A stretch of DNA of 64,000 bases. Origin: Anaeromyxobacter sp. (GTDB lineage: Bacteria; Myxococcota; Myxococcia; Myxococcales; Anaeromyxobacteraceae). The stretch is taken from the NCBI GenBank assembly GCA_036394835.1, contig DASWEI010000098.1, forward strand, positions 486-64,485. The letters are read 5' to 3'. Below are positions 17,711 to 26,450 of this stretch, piece after piece. Numbering within the stretch: the first letter of the stretch is position 1; every line of letters starts with the position of its first letter. Position numbers and translations under genes: made by a program. The notes under the pieces are model-generated. The model had not been told where the DNA came from and made no database searches. It worked only from the letters and a program-made list of their open reading frames with translations.

Positions 17711-19654
17711 TCACCCCGCCGCCAAGCCCCGCGCGTGCGGTGCGGCCAAAGGCGTCCTGTCGGCGGGCGCAAACCCCACGAGCGCGCGGGCCGCCGCGGC
17801 GATCCCCGTCGCGTCGAGGCCGAGGCTGGCGAGCTGCCGACCCGCGTCGCCGTGCGTCACGAACGCGTCGGGGAGGCCGAGCCGGGCGACCTGCACGCCC
17901 GCCAATACGCCGCGATCCGCGAGCGCCTCGAGGCACGCGGCCCCGAAGCCGCCCGCGATCGTGCCCTCCTCGATCGTGACGAGCCGGCGTGCGTCGGCGA
18001 CCGCGTCACAGAGGAGCTCCTCGTCGAGTGGCTTCACGAACCGCGCGTCGAGCACGGCCGCGTCGATCCCGTCCGCGGAGAGCAGGGCTGCAGCCGCGAG
18101 CGCCGCGCGGGCCGGCGTTCCCGCCGCGGCGAGGACGATGTCCGGACGGGCGCCGCCCGGGCGCAACCACCGTCCCCTGCCGATCTCGAGCTTGCGCGGC
18201 GGCTCCGGAGCGAGGCCGACCACGGCGCGCCGGGGGAACCGGAAGGCCGCGGGGCCGGGCAGCTCCAGGGCCGTGCGGAGCATGTGCGCGAGCTCGTTCT
18301 CGTCGGAGGGCGCCATCACGACGATGCCGGGCACGCACCGGAGATACGAGAGATCGAAGGCGCCCTGGTGGGTCTTTCCGTCCGCCCCGACGAGCCCGCC
18401 GCGATCGATCGCGAACGCGACGGGCAGGCGCTGAAGCGCGACGTCGTGGATGATCTGGTCGAGCGCGCGCTGCAGGAACGTCGAGTAGATGGCGACCACC
18501 GGGTGCAGACCTTCGCAGGCGAGCCCCGCGGCGAACGTGACGGCGTGCTCCTCCGCGATCCCGACATCGTAGGTCCGCTCCGGGAACCGCCGCTTGCAGC
18601 GGACGAGGCCCGTCCCCTCGAGCATCGCGGCGGTGATCGCGACGACACGGGGGTCGCGCTCCATCTCCGCGCAGAGCGCGTCGGCGAACACCTCGGTGTA
18701 CGGCGGCAGGCCGCCTGGCTTCGAGACGGGCTTCCCGGTCTTCGGGTCGAAGAACGAGAGGGCGTGGCCGCGCGTGGCCGCGTCGGCCTCCGCGGGCGGG
18801 TAGCCCTTCCCCTTGGTCGTCAGCGCGTGGAGGAGCACCGGTCCGCGCAGCGGCGCCAGGCGCGCGAGCGTTCCGACGAGGGCTGCCACGTCGTGGCCGT
18901 CCACCGGGCCGACGTACTCGAACCCGAGCGCCTCGAACAGCATGCCGGGGGTGAAGAGCGCCTTCGCCGCCTCGAGGCCCCGGCGCAACGCCTCGATGGT
19001 CCCCTGGCCGTGGGGCATGTCCTGGAGCGCGCCCTTCACGATCGCCTTCAGGCGCGCGGCCGCTGGCGACGCGAGCCGCTTCGACAGCCACTCCGAGACC
19101 GCGCCGACGTTGGGCGAGATCGACATCTCGTTGTCGTTGAGGACGACGAGGAGGTCGCGCTTCAGATAGCCCGCCTGGTTCAGCCCCTCGAACGCCATCC
19201 CGCCGGTGAGCGCACCGTCGCCGACGAGGGCGACGACTTTCCCGGCGGCGCCCGTGAGCCGTCGGCCCTCGACCATGCCGAGCGCCGCGCTCACCGCGGT
19301 GGAGGCGTGGCCGACGCCGAAGGCGTCGTGCTCCGACTCGGCGCGTTCCGGAAACCCGGCGAGCCCGCCCTCGGTGCGGACCGTCGAGAACCGGTCGCGG
19401 CGTCCGGTGACGAGCTTGTGCGCGTACGCCTGGTGCCCGACATCCCAGACGAGCCGGTCGGTCGGCGAGTCGAACACGTAGTGGAGCGCGACGTTCAGCT
19501 CGACCGCGCCGAGCGATGAGCCGAGGTGGCCACCGGTCCGAGCGCAGGTGGCGATGATCTCGCCGCGGATCTCCTCGCACAACGCCGGGAGCTCCGACGC
19601 GGCGAGCCGCTTCAGATCGCGAGGACAGTCGATGCGATCGAGGAGTGTCGCCAT
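17711..19654 (-). CDS. dxs: 1-deoxy-D-xylulose-5-phosphate synthase
   Basis: GGHLGSSLG, WDVGHQAYAHK, GDGALTGGMAFE, NDNEMSIS, DVGIAEEHAV, IYSTFLQRA, THQGAFD. Confidence 0.97.
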   Translation of the reverse strand: MATLLDRIDCPRDLKRLAASELPALCEEIRGEIIATCARTGGHLGSSLGAVELNVALHYVFDSPTDRLVWDVGHQAYAHKLVTGRRDRFSTVRTEGGLAGFPERAESEHDAFGVGHASTAVSAALGMVEGRRLTGAAGKVVALVGDGALTGGMAFEGLNQAGYLKRDLLVVLNDNEMSISPNVGAVSEWLSKRLASPAAARLKAIVKGALQDMPHGQGTIEALRRGLEAAKALFTPGMLFEALGFEYVGPVDGHDVAALVGTLARLAPLRGPVLLHALTTKGKGYPPAEADAATRGHALSFFDPKTGKPVSKPGGLPPYTEVFADALCAEMERDPRVVAITAAMLEGTGLVRCKRRFPERTYDVGIAEEHAVTFAAGLACEGLHPVVAIYSTFLQRALDQIIHDVALQRLPVAFAIDRGGLVGADGKTHQGAFDLSYLRCVPGIVVMAPSDENELAHMLRTALELPGPAAFRFPRRAVVGLAPEPPRKLEIGRGRWLRPGGARPDIVLAAAGTPARAALAAAALLSADGIDAAVLDARFVKPLDEELLCDAVADARRLVTIEEGTIAGGFGAACLEALADRGVLAGVQVARLGLPDAFVTHGDAGRQLASLGLDATGIAAAARALVGFAPADRTPLAAPHARGLAAG

Positions 19655-19794
19655 AGGAAGCTCGTTGACCCGAGAGGACTCCGCGGCGCGCGCGGGCCGA
19701 ACCTCCCCCTTTCCGGTGCGTGCGGGCGCCAGCATCCGTCCTGGGGAGCCCGACCGCAATGTCCCGCCTGGGCCGTGTTCACCAGGGGCGCGCG

Positions 19795-20799
19795 TCAGGA
19801 ACGCGCGCCACCGTCCGCGCCGGCGCGCCGAGCACCTAACAAAGATCGGGCCTCTTGCCACTGCCAGACGACGAGCGCCGGCACGAACACGAGGACGTCG
19901 CGGGCGCGGCGCCCCAGCGCGAGCGCGAGCGCGGTCTCCGCCGGCAGCCCGAGCGCGCTCCCTGCCGCCACGAACCCGGCCTCCTGGATCCCGAGCGCGC
20001 CGGGGACGACGAACGCCGCGCTCGAGAGCGCCTGCACGACGGCCTCGACTACGACCGCGTCCGCCGGCGAGACCCGGTGGCCGAGGAATGCGAGGAGCGC
20101 CCACACCTCGGCGGCGCCCGCCATCCAGCCGGCGAGCTGCCACGCCGCGCATCGCGCGACCCGGGCGGGCCGCCGGTAGATGGCCCGCGTCGCGCGATCG
20201 ACACGCCGGCCGGCCCCGACGACGGAGGCGAGGCGGCGCCCTGCGATCGCGTGCGCGATGCGGCCGAGCGCCTCGAACGTTCGCGTGCGCAGGACGACCA
20301 CCAGAATCGCCACGATCGGGGCGGAGGCGGCGAGGGCGACCGATGCCGCCCGCACGAGCGATCCCCCCGGCGCGCGCGCCGCGAGCGCTGCGATCCCGAT
20401 CATCGTGAATACGAGCTGCGTCGCGATGCATACCGTCACGTCCACGACGAGGCTCGCGGCCGCCTGTGGGCCACGCACGCCGCGCTGGATCATGATCCTC
20501 GCCGTCGCGAGCTCTCCCCCCACACGCGCCACGGGCATGAGCCCGTTCACCGCCTCCCGGACCCACACGAGCCAGGTGAAGAACGGGAGCGATCGGCCCC
20601 GGCCCCCGCCCCCGCCGACGAGGAGCTGCCACGCGCGCGCGTTCAGCGCCATCGGCAGGACGTGGAGCAGGCTCGCCCAGACGACCCCCAGCCCCGCGAT
20701 CCCGAGCGCGGAAACGATCGTGGCGAAGCCGGCGTGCGCGAAGAACGCGGTCGCGAGCGCGAGCCCTGCGAGGGCGAGGAGGAGCGCGGCGCGAGTCAC
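19795..20799 (-). CDS. hpnL: HpnL-like lysylphosphatidylglycerol-synthase-domain (flippase-like) membrane protein
   Basis: REAVNGLMPVARVGGE, AFVVPGALGIQEAG, LGRRARD; GTG 20799 coupled to hpnJ stop. Confidence 0.82.
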   Translation of the reverse strand: MTRAALLLALAGLALATAFFAHAGFATIVSALGIAGLGVVWASLLHVLPMALNARAWQLLVGGGGGRGRSLPFFTWLVWVREAVNGLMPVARVGGELATARIMIQRGVRGPQAAASLVVDVTVCIATQLVFTMIGIAALAARAPGGSLVRAASVALAASAPIVAILVVVLRTRTFEALGRIAHAIAGRRLASVVGAGRRVDRATRAIYRRPARVARCAAWQLAGWMAGAAEVWALLAFLGHRVSPADAVVVEAVVQALSSAAFVVPGALGIQEAGFVAAGSALGLPAETALALALGRRARDVLVFVPALVVWQWQEARSLLGARRAGADGGARS

Positions 20800-22250
20800 G
20801 GGGCGACGGCGCGCGGAGGGCAAGGGGCCCGGCCGCGGCGCTCGCGGAGGAACTGGAAGAACTCGACCCCCTCGCGAAGGCGGCGTCGCATCATGTGGGG
20901 GCTCCGGAGCATCTCGCCCACGATCTCCGCGATCTTGCTGCCCCTGAAGTAGAAGCGCCGGTAGAAGGTCTCCAGGGCCGCGTGGATCTCGGCATGGGGG
21001 AGGTGTGGGTAGCTGAGCGGCGCGAGCTGGACGCCGTGCTCGTCCACCAGCTCCGCGTTCGCGGCGTCGAGCCAGCCTTTCTCGATCGCCTGACGGTAGA
21101 GCTCGGTCCCCGGGTAGGGAGCGGGGAGCGACACCTGGATGGTGTGGGGGTCGAGCTCGCAGGCGAACCGGATCGTCTCCGCGATCGTCTCCCGCGTCTC
21201 GCCGGGCAGGCCGAGGATGAAGCAGCCGTGGATGGCGATCCCGAGGTCATGGCAGTCATCGGTGAACCGCCGCATGACGTCGAGGCGGACCCCCTTCTTG
21301 ACGTTGTTCAGGACCACCTGGTTTCCAGACTCGTAGCCCACCAGGAGGAGCCGCAGCCCGTTATCCCGGAGCACCTCGAGCGTGCGCCGCGGGACGTTCG
21401 CCTTCGACGTGCATGACCAGACGAGGCCGAGGCGGCCCACCTCGCGTGCGATCGCCTCGGCGTGCAGGTGGTCGTCCGTGAAGGTGTCGTCGTCGAAGAA
21501 CAGCTCCTTCATCTGCGGGAAGGCGCGCTTCGTGTAGGCGATCTCGTCCGCCACGTGCTTCACGCTGCGGGTGCGGTAGCGATGACCGCTCACCGTCTGC
21601 GGCCAGAGACAGTACGTGCACCGGCTCCGGCAGCCCCGGCCCGTGTAGAACGACACGTACGGGTGGAGCAGGTATCCCTGGAAATAGTCCTCGATGCGGA
21701 GGTCGCGCGCGTACACCGGGGTGACGAAGGGGAGCGCGTCCATGTCCTCGAGCGGCGGGCGCTCCGGGTTGTTCACCACCGCCCCGCTTGCGTCGCGCCA
21801 GCTCAGGCCGGCGATCTTCGAGAGCGGGCGCCCCTCGGCGACCTCTCGGATGGTGAAGTCGAACTCGTTCCCGGCGACGAAGTCGACCGCCGCCGCCCGC
21901 GCAAGGCTCCCGGGGCGATCGACCGCCACGCGCGCGCCGACGAGCCCGACGCGGAGCCGAGGGTTCTCCGCCTTGAGCGCCTGCGCCACCCTCACGTCGG
22001 AGGCGAACGAAGGCGTGGAGGTGTGCATCACGACCAGCTCGTACTCCTTCGCGAGCGGCACCACGTCGGCGAGCGACAGCTGTGCGGGCGGCGCGTCGAC
22101 GAGCCGGCTCCCGGGCACGAGCGCCGCCAGCTGAGCGAGCCACGTCGGGAACCAGAACGAGCGCACCTCGCGCCGGGCCTGATAGCGCGAGCCGGCGCCG
22201 CCGTCGAAACCATCGAACGACGGCGGCTGAAGGAAGAGGGTCGCGAGCAT
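20796..22250 (-). CDS. hpnJ: Hopanoid-biosynthesis-associated radical SAM protein
   Basis: LFLQPPSFDGFDGGAGSRYQARRE, GCRSRCTYCLWPQT, FDDDTFT, PYPGTELY. Confidence 0.95.
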   Translation of the reverse strand: MLATLFLQPPSFDGFDGGAGSRYQARREVRSFWFPTWLAQLAALVPGSRLVDAPPAQLSLADVVPLAKEYELVVMHTSTPSFASDVRVAQALKAENPRLRVGLVGARVAVDRPGSLARAAAVDFVAGNEFDFTIREVAEGRPLSKIAGLSWRDASGAVVNNPERPPLEDMDALPFVTPVYARDLRIEDYFQGYLLHPYVSFYTGRGCRSRCTYCLWPQTVSGHRYRTRSVKHVADEIAYTKRAFPQMKELFFDDDTFTDDHLHAEAIAREVGRLGLVWSCTSKANVPRRTLEVLRDNGLRLLLVGYESGNQVVLNNVKKGVRLDVMRRFTDDCHDLGIAIHGCFILGLPGETRETIAETIRFACELDPHTIQVSLPAPYPGTELYRQAIEKGWLDAANAELVDEHGVQLAPLSYPHLPHAEIHAALETFYRRFYFRGSKIAEIVGEMLRSPHMMRRRLREGVEFFQFLRERRGRAPCPPRAVAP

Positions 22251-22361
22251 GGGGTCTCCGCGGGTTATCCGGCTTGGCCCTCCCTTATCGCTCATCCACG
22301 CCGGACCGCAGCGACCAATCCGGGCCTCCGGCGCAATCGCGCGCCGTGCTAAGGAGCAGCC

Positions 22362-23096
22362 GTGAGACGGGACCGGGCGGAGAGAGTCCGCGCGCGGGGA
22401 CCTCGCGGGAGGGCGCTGGCGGCGCTGGCGGCCGCGGCCGCGCTCCTCGCCCCGACCGCGGCCGGCGCGGCCTGTCCCGGCGACGTCCCCGCCGTCGCCG
22501 CGGTTCCGGTGGAGGCCCGCACCGCCTTTCTGCGCCAGCGCATCGAGGCGGAGCGTCCTTCCGCGGAGCGGTGGATGCGCACGTGGGGGGTCGTGGATGG
22601 CGCACTCACCGTCGGGCAGCTCGTCGCGGTGCCGTTCACGCCGGACCGGTCCAGTCGCACCGTGCTGCTCGCCGGCGCGGCGACGAGCGCGCTCGGGGTC
22701 CTCCAGATCCTGCTGGTGCCGCCGGTGGCGCGCTCCCCGCCGGCGGCGGACCGCGCCGAGGACGCGTGCGCCGAGGTCGCCGCTCTCGAGCGAGCGCTCG
22801 CACGCGATGCCCGTAACCAGACTCTCGGCGCGGGGTGGATCGCGCACGCAGGGAACCTCCTCGTCAACGGCGCGATCGGCCTCGCCGCGGGGCTCGCAGG
22901 GGAGCGCTGGCGGTCGGGCGCGCTCACGTTCGCGATCGGGTTCGCGCTGGGTGAGGCCCAGATCCTGACGCAGCCGACAGGCCTCGCGCGCGACCTCGAG
23001 CGGTACCGCGGCGGGAACGTCGGACTGACCGCGGAGGCGCCGCCGCCGATCGCGTTGGCCGCCGGCGGCGTCGTCTCGATCCAGGTGACGTTCTGA
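22362..23096 (+). CDS. Hypothetical secreted/membrane protein
   Basis: AAGGAG RBS before GTG, signal-like hydrophobic segment, several TM-like helices, C-terminal Phe. Confidence 0.6.
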   Translation: MRRDRAERVRARGPRGRALAALAAAAALLAPTAAGAACPGDVPAVAAVPVEARTAFLRQRIEAERPSAERWMRTWGVVDGALTVGQLVAVPFTPDRSSRTVLLAGAATSALGVLQILLVPPVARSPPAADRAEDACAEVAALERALARDARNQTLGAGWIAHAGNLLVNGAIGLAAGLAGERWRSGALTFAIGFALGEAQILTQPTGLARDLERYRGGNVGLTAEAPPPIALAAGGVVSIQVTF

Positions 23097-23131
23097 GGCA
23101 GCCGGTCGGCTCGGGTTCGAGCACCTCGATC

Positions 23132-23605
23132 CTACTCCTGCGGGTCGCGGGCCTGCACCGCGACGGCGTAGCGCACCTGCACATCGGGGGTCGCGACCGC
23201 GACCGTGCCGTAGAGTGGTCACAGCCGCTTGAAGCTTTCGACGAGCGCCGCGGCCTGCGAGTCGTCGACGCCCGCGAGGGTGAAGTCGATCGCGACCGAG
23301 TTGAGCGTCCTCAAGTCGGGGCGCGCTTGCTTGGCGCGATCGAGGATGCCGTGCATCCTCACCGATACGGTGCGCAGCGGGACCTGCTGGTTGCGGGCAA
23401 TCGCCTGGATCAGCTCCACGCCGCAAGCGGCGACCGCGGACAGGAACGCCTCGACGGGCGTCACCTCCTCACCCGGAGCGCCGTTCTGCACCGGGCCGTC
23501 GATGATGAAGTGATGATCTCGGACACCGCACAGGACACGGCCGAACACGTCGGTCGAGCGAGCGGTGAGCGTGTACTCGCTGACTGCTTGCGATGGGGCG
23601 CTCAT
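23132..23605 (-). CDS. OsmC/Ohr-family protein, predicted selenoprotein (UGA 23219-23221 read as Sec)
   Basis: DGP...G..E..P.E.FLSAVAAC motif; the apparent stop lies at FKRL-UGA-PLYGTV, the position of the conserved C-terminal CP motif; frame continues 28 codons to TAG 23132-23134; SECIS-like hairpin follows the UGA. Confidence 0.8.
23179..23208 (-). other. Putative bacterial SECIS hairpin
   Basis: mRNA after UGA: CCACUCUACG GCAC GGUCGC-GGUC-GCGACC CCCGAU GUGC; perfect 6-bp stem, G-initiated 4-nt loop 20 nt from the UGA, extra GCAC/GUGC pairing. Confidence 0.7.
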
Positions 23606-23724
23606 GTCGAGCACATGTGCGTCGCAGCAATTCCGCGCGCATGAGCCACTTGGGTGGGGCGAGCCGTTGAGCGCTCGCCACCAAGCCGGGTTCGCCAGCG
23701 TCGGCTTCGATGAACCCGGCACGC

Positions 23725-23752
23725 TTGCATGGTTGTGCATGGGTGCTATGAT
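23725..23752 (+). promoter_or_regulatory. Sigma70-type promoter of arsR (probably leaderless) with overlapping candidate operator
   Basis: TTGCAT 23725-30, 16-nt spacer, TGc-TATGAT extended -10 at 23744-52, ATG at 23759; TGCATGG repeated twice within the promoter. Confidence 0.55.
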
Positions 23753-23758
23753 GGTTCG

Positions 23759-24139
23759 ATGCCCTCCGGCAAGGACTGTTGCGCGGCCCTGAAGCGGTGG
23801 CTCTCACCGCATTTCTTCAAGGCGCTCGGGGATCCGAACCGCCTCGCGATCCTGGTCGCCCTCTCGGACGGCGCACGCGAACGAACCGTGTCCGAGCTCG
23901 CGGGCTGCTGCCCCGTGGACCTCTCGGTCGTCTCGCGCCACCTCCGCACGCTCCGCGAGGCAGGGGTCCTGGAGGCGCGGAAGCAGGGCAAGGAGGTCTT
24001 CTACCGCGTCCGCTTCGACGCTCTCGTCGCCCTACTTCGCAACCTCGCGGACGCGCTCGAGGCCTGCTGCCCGCCCGCTCGCCGCCGTGCGCTCACGCCG
24101 GGACAGCGTCCTTCGCGGCCTCAGGGAGGAAACACGTGA
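23759..24139 (+). CDS. ArsR/SmtB-family metalloregulator with three Cys-Cys pairs
   Basis: FFKALGDPNRLAIL, TVSELA, SVVSRHL..LREAG, GKEVFY; DCC, GCCP and ACCP. Confidence 0.92.
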   Translation: MPSGKDCCAALKRWLSPHFFKALGDPNRLAILVALSDGARERTVSELAGCCPVDLSVVSRHLRTLREAGVLEARKQGKEVFYRVRFDALVALLRNLADALEACCPPARRRALTPGQRPSRPQGGNT

Positions 24140-24945
24140 AGCGCAACGAAACCCACGAACCCACCATCGAACGAGTCATCGAGCTCAGTGGCATCGAGAC
24201 GCTCCACCCGGGGGGTATGGCCATGACCCGCCGGACGGCCGAGGTCGCGGCGCTCGCGCCGGGAATGCAGCTGCTCGACGTCTCGAGCGGCCGGGGCACC
24301 CAGGCCATCTACTACGCGCAGCAGTTCGGTGTGGAGGTCAGCGGCGTGGACATCTCGGACGAGATGGTGCGCACCGCCTCCCGAAACGCCGCGCACGCCG
24401 GCGTCGCCGATCGCGTCCGGTTCCGGCAGGGGGACTCGCAGCAGCTTCCGTTCTCGTCGGGGACGTTTGACGTGGTCGTGAACGAGTGCGCGGTAGGTAT
24501 CCCCGAAGACTCGCAGGCCGTCCTCGACGAGATGCTGCGCGTCGTCCGGCCCGGAGGCATCGTGGTCATGCACGAGTCCACCTGGCGCGCGTCGCTGCCT
24601 GCTGAAGAGAAGGACGAGCTCGCGGATCGCTATGGCACGACACCGCTCGAGAGCGCTGAGTGGATCGAGATGCTCGGGCGGGCTGGCGCCCGCGACATCC
24701 GGGCCGAGGCCGATCCCTGGTCGCGCCCGGAGATGTTCTGGAAGGTGCGGGTCGACCGCGATGTCCGCAGACCAGGCGCCGTGCTCACGCCCGTCGAGAA
24801 GGCTCGAACGGTGCTGCGCGTAGCGAGGAGGTATGGCCTCGCCGGTGTCCGGAAAGCGTTCGAGAACGAACGGGCCTTCTTCCGCGCGGTGCTCGACGGA
24901 AAGCTCGGGTACTCACTTTACTGGGGGCGGCGACCGGCAGCGTAG
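24136..24945 (+). CDS. Class I SAM-dependent methyltransferase (UbiE/ArsM-like fold)
   Basis: LHPGG...T, LLDVSSGRG, GVDIS, LPFSSGTFDVVVNEC, RVVRPGG; GGAGG RBS; GTG overlaps arsR stop. Confidence 0.88.
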   Translation: MKRNETHEPTIERVIELSGIETLHPGGMAMTRRTAEVAALAPGMQLLDVSSGRGTQAIYYAQQFGVEVSGVDISDEMVRTASRNAAHAGVADRVRFRQGDSQQLPFSSGTFDVVVNECAVGIPEDSQAVLDEMLRVVRPGGIVVMHESTWRASLPAEEKDELADRYGTTPLESAEWIEMLGRAGARDIRAEADPWSRPEMFWKVRVDRDVRRPGAVLTPVEKARTVLRVARRYGLAGVRKAFENERAFFRAVLDGKLGYSLYWGRRPAA

Positions 24946-25019
24946 AATGAGACCGGATGTTCGCCGTCAGGCCGGCTCCGTTCGCTGACCCTGCCGGCGG
25001 ATGTGCTCCCGGTTCCGGA

Positions 25020-26168
25020 CTATGTGATCGCTCCCCGCGCGTCGATGGTGATGAACCGTTCGACGCGGCCATCGACGAGCCCACCCCGTACGCCCACGTA
25101 CCGGTCGTGCAGGTTGACGGTGGGATCGCAATGGCCCGGGATGAGCCAGACGGTCTCACCGAGCCCGGGGAGCGGCTCACCCTTCATCGGGCGCACGATC
25201 CCGTGCTCGTCGCCCCCGTTCTCGAACGCGAGCTGCCGCCGCCCGCATGGATCGTGGACGCGAGGCAGCCCCGAGTCGATCGCGTGGCTCTTGTGCCCCG
25301 CGTCCACGACCGCACGGTCTGCCCCGACGCTCATGACCTGCGCCAGCACGAACAGCGCGTGCTCGAACGGCGGATGTGCGACGTCGGATTCGTTGTCGGC
25401 GTAGTCGCGGTCCATGAAGAGGTAACTGCCGGCCTGCAACTCGCCGTACACGGCGCTCGCCGCCTCGAGCATGTACGTACCCGTGCCCGCGCCGGTCACG
25501 AGTGGGCAGGACAGGCCCGCTCGCTCGAGCGCTTCGCGCGTTGCCTGCGCTGCCACGACCGCGGCAGCGACCGCGGCTCGGCGCCCCTCCGCGGAGCGAA
25601 CGTGTTGCGCTTTCCCGTTGTAGGCCTGCAGTCCCGCGAGGCGGAGGCCGGGGCTGGCGTCGATCCGCCGCGCCAGCTCGACCGCGGCGCCCGGATCGCG
25701 ATCAGCCGCGGGGACGCCGCATCGGCCTTGCCCGACGTCGATCTCGACGAAGACGTCGAGCTCGACATGGGCCATCCGGACCGCGTCATCGAGCCGCGCG
25801 ATGCCCTCGGCACTGTCGACGGCGATGGCCAGCCGGCCGCCTCCCGCCGTGAGGGCCTGAGCGAGCGCCGCGACGCGCGCGAGCTTCCGAGGCGCGATGA
25901 CCTCGTTGCTGATGTAGATGTCGACGATACCCGCCGCCGCGAGCGACTCCGCCTCGGATGTCTTCTGGACGCAGACGCCCACCGCCCCCGCAGCGATCTG
26001 GAGTCGCGCGAGCTCCGCGCTCTTGTGCATCTTGGCGTGTGGGCGCAGGCGCACGCCGGCCCCGCGTGCGAAGGATGCCATCCGGCCGAGGTTGCGCTCC
26101 ATCGCGTCGAGATCGATCACGAGTGCGGGCGTGTCGATCGCAGTGACGTGGTCCGCGGGGCGTGTCAT
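25020..26168 (-). CDS. DSD1-family PLP enzyme (D-threonine aldolase / 3-hydroxy-D-aspartate aldolase-like)
   Basis: DTPALVIDLD, LRPHAKMHKS, GQGRCGV, TGAGTGT, ELQAGSYLFMD, DEHG, PGHCDPTVNLHD. Confidence 0.92.
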   Translation of the reverse strand: MTRPADHVTAIDTPALVIDLDAMERNLGRMASFARGAGVRLRPHAKMHKSAELARLQIAAGAVGVCVQKTSEAESLAAAGIVDIYISNEVIAPRKLARVAALAQALTAGGGRLAIAVDSAEGIARLDDAVRMAHVELDVFVEIDVGQGRCGVPAADRDPGAAVELARRIDASPGLRLAGLQAYNGKAQHVRSAEGRRAAVAAAVVAAQATREALERAGLSCPLVTGAGTGTYMLEAASAVYGELQAGSYLFMDRDYADNESDVAHPPFEHALFVLAQVMSVGADRAVVDAGHKSHAIDSGLPRVHDPCGRRQLAFENGGDEHGIVRPMKGEPLPGLGETVWLIPGHCDPTVNLHDRYVGVRGGLVDGRVERFITIDARGAIT

Positions 26169-26450
26169 GTGGCGCCTCCCTCCGCCGAGCCTCGCAGCGT
26201 CGATGGCCGGTCGCAACATCCGCCGTGTCGCCGCAGCGCTGCGCGCTCGCAGAGGGGTCGCCTCCTCGCGGCGACGGTCGGCAGGCCCGCGCCCCCAGCG
26301 CGCGTTTCTGGGCCATGCGTATCCTTCGGAGCGAACGACTCGAGCGGCGATGGGGCGCGCGGCCGCACCGTCGCAAGGTCCGTGGGCGCACGCCAGCCTC
26401 CCGGAGGCCGCGCCGTGTAGCGGTGCAGGGCTGCGCGAAGGAGACGTGAG

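Noticed and set aside
23219-23221. OsmC gene as a nonsense pseudogene
   Set aside because: TGA falls exactly on a conserved Cys position, with an intact downstream frame and a SECIS-like hairpin, so Sec is the better explanation
24136-24945. Calling the methyltransferase arsM
   Set aside because: Only one Cys; lacks the multi-Cys set of characterised ArsM, so left unnamed
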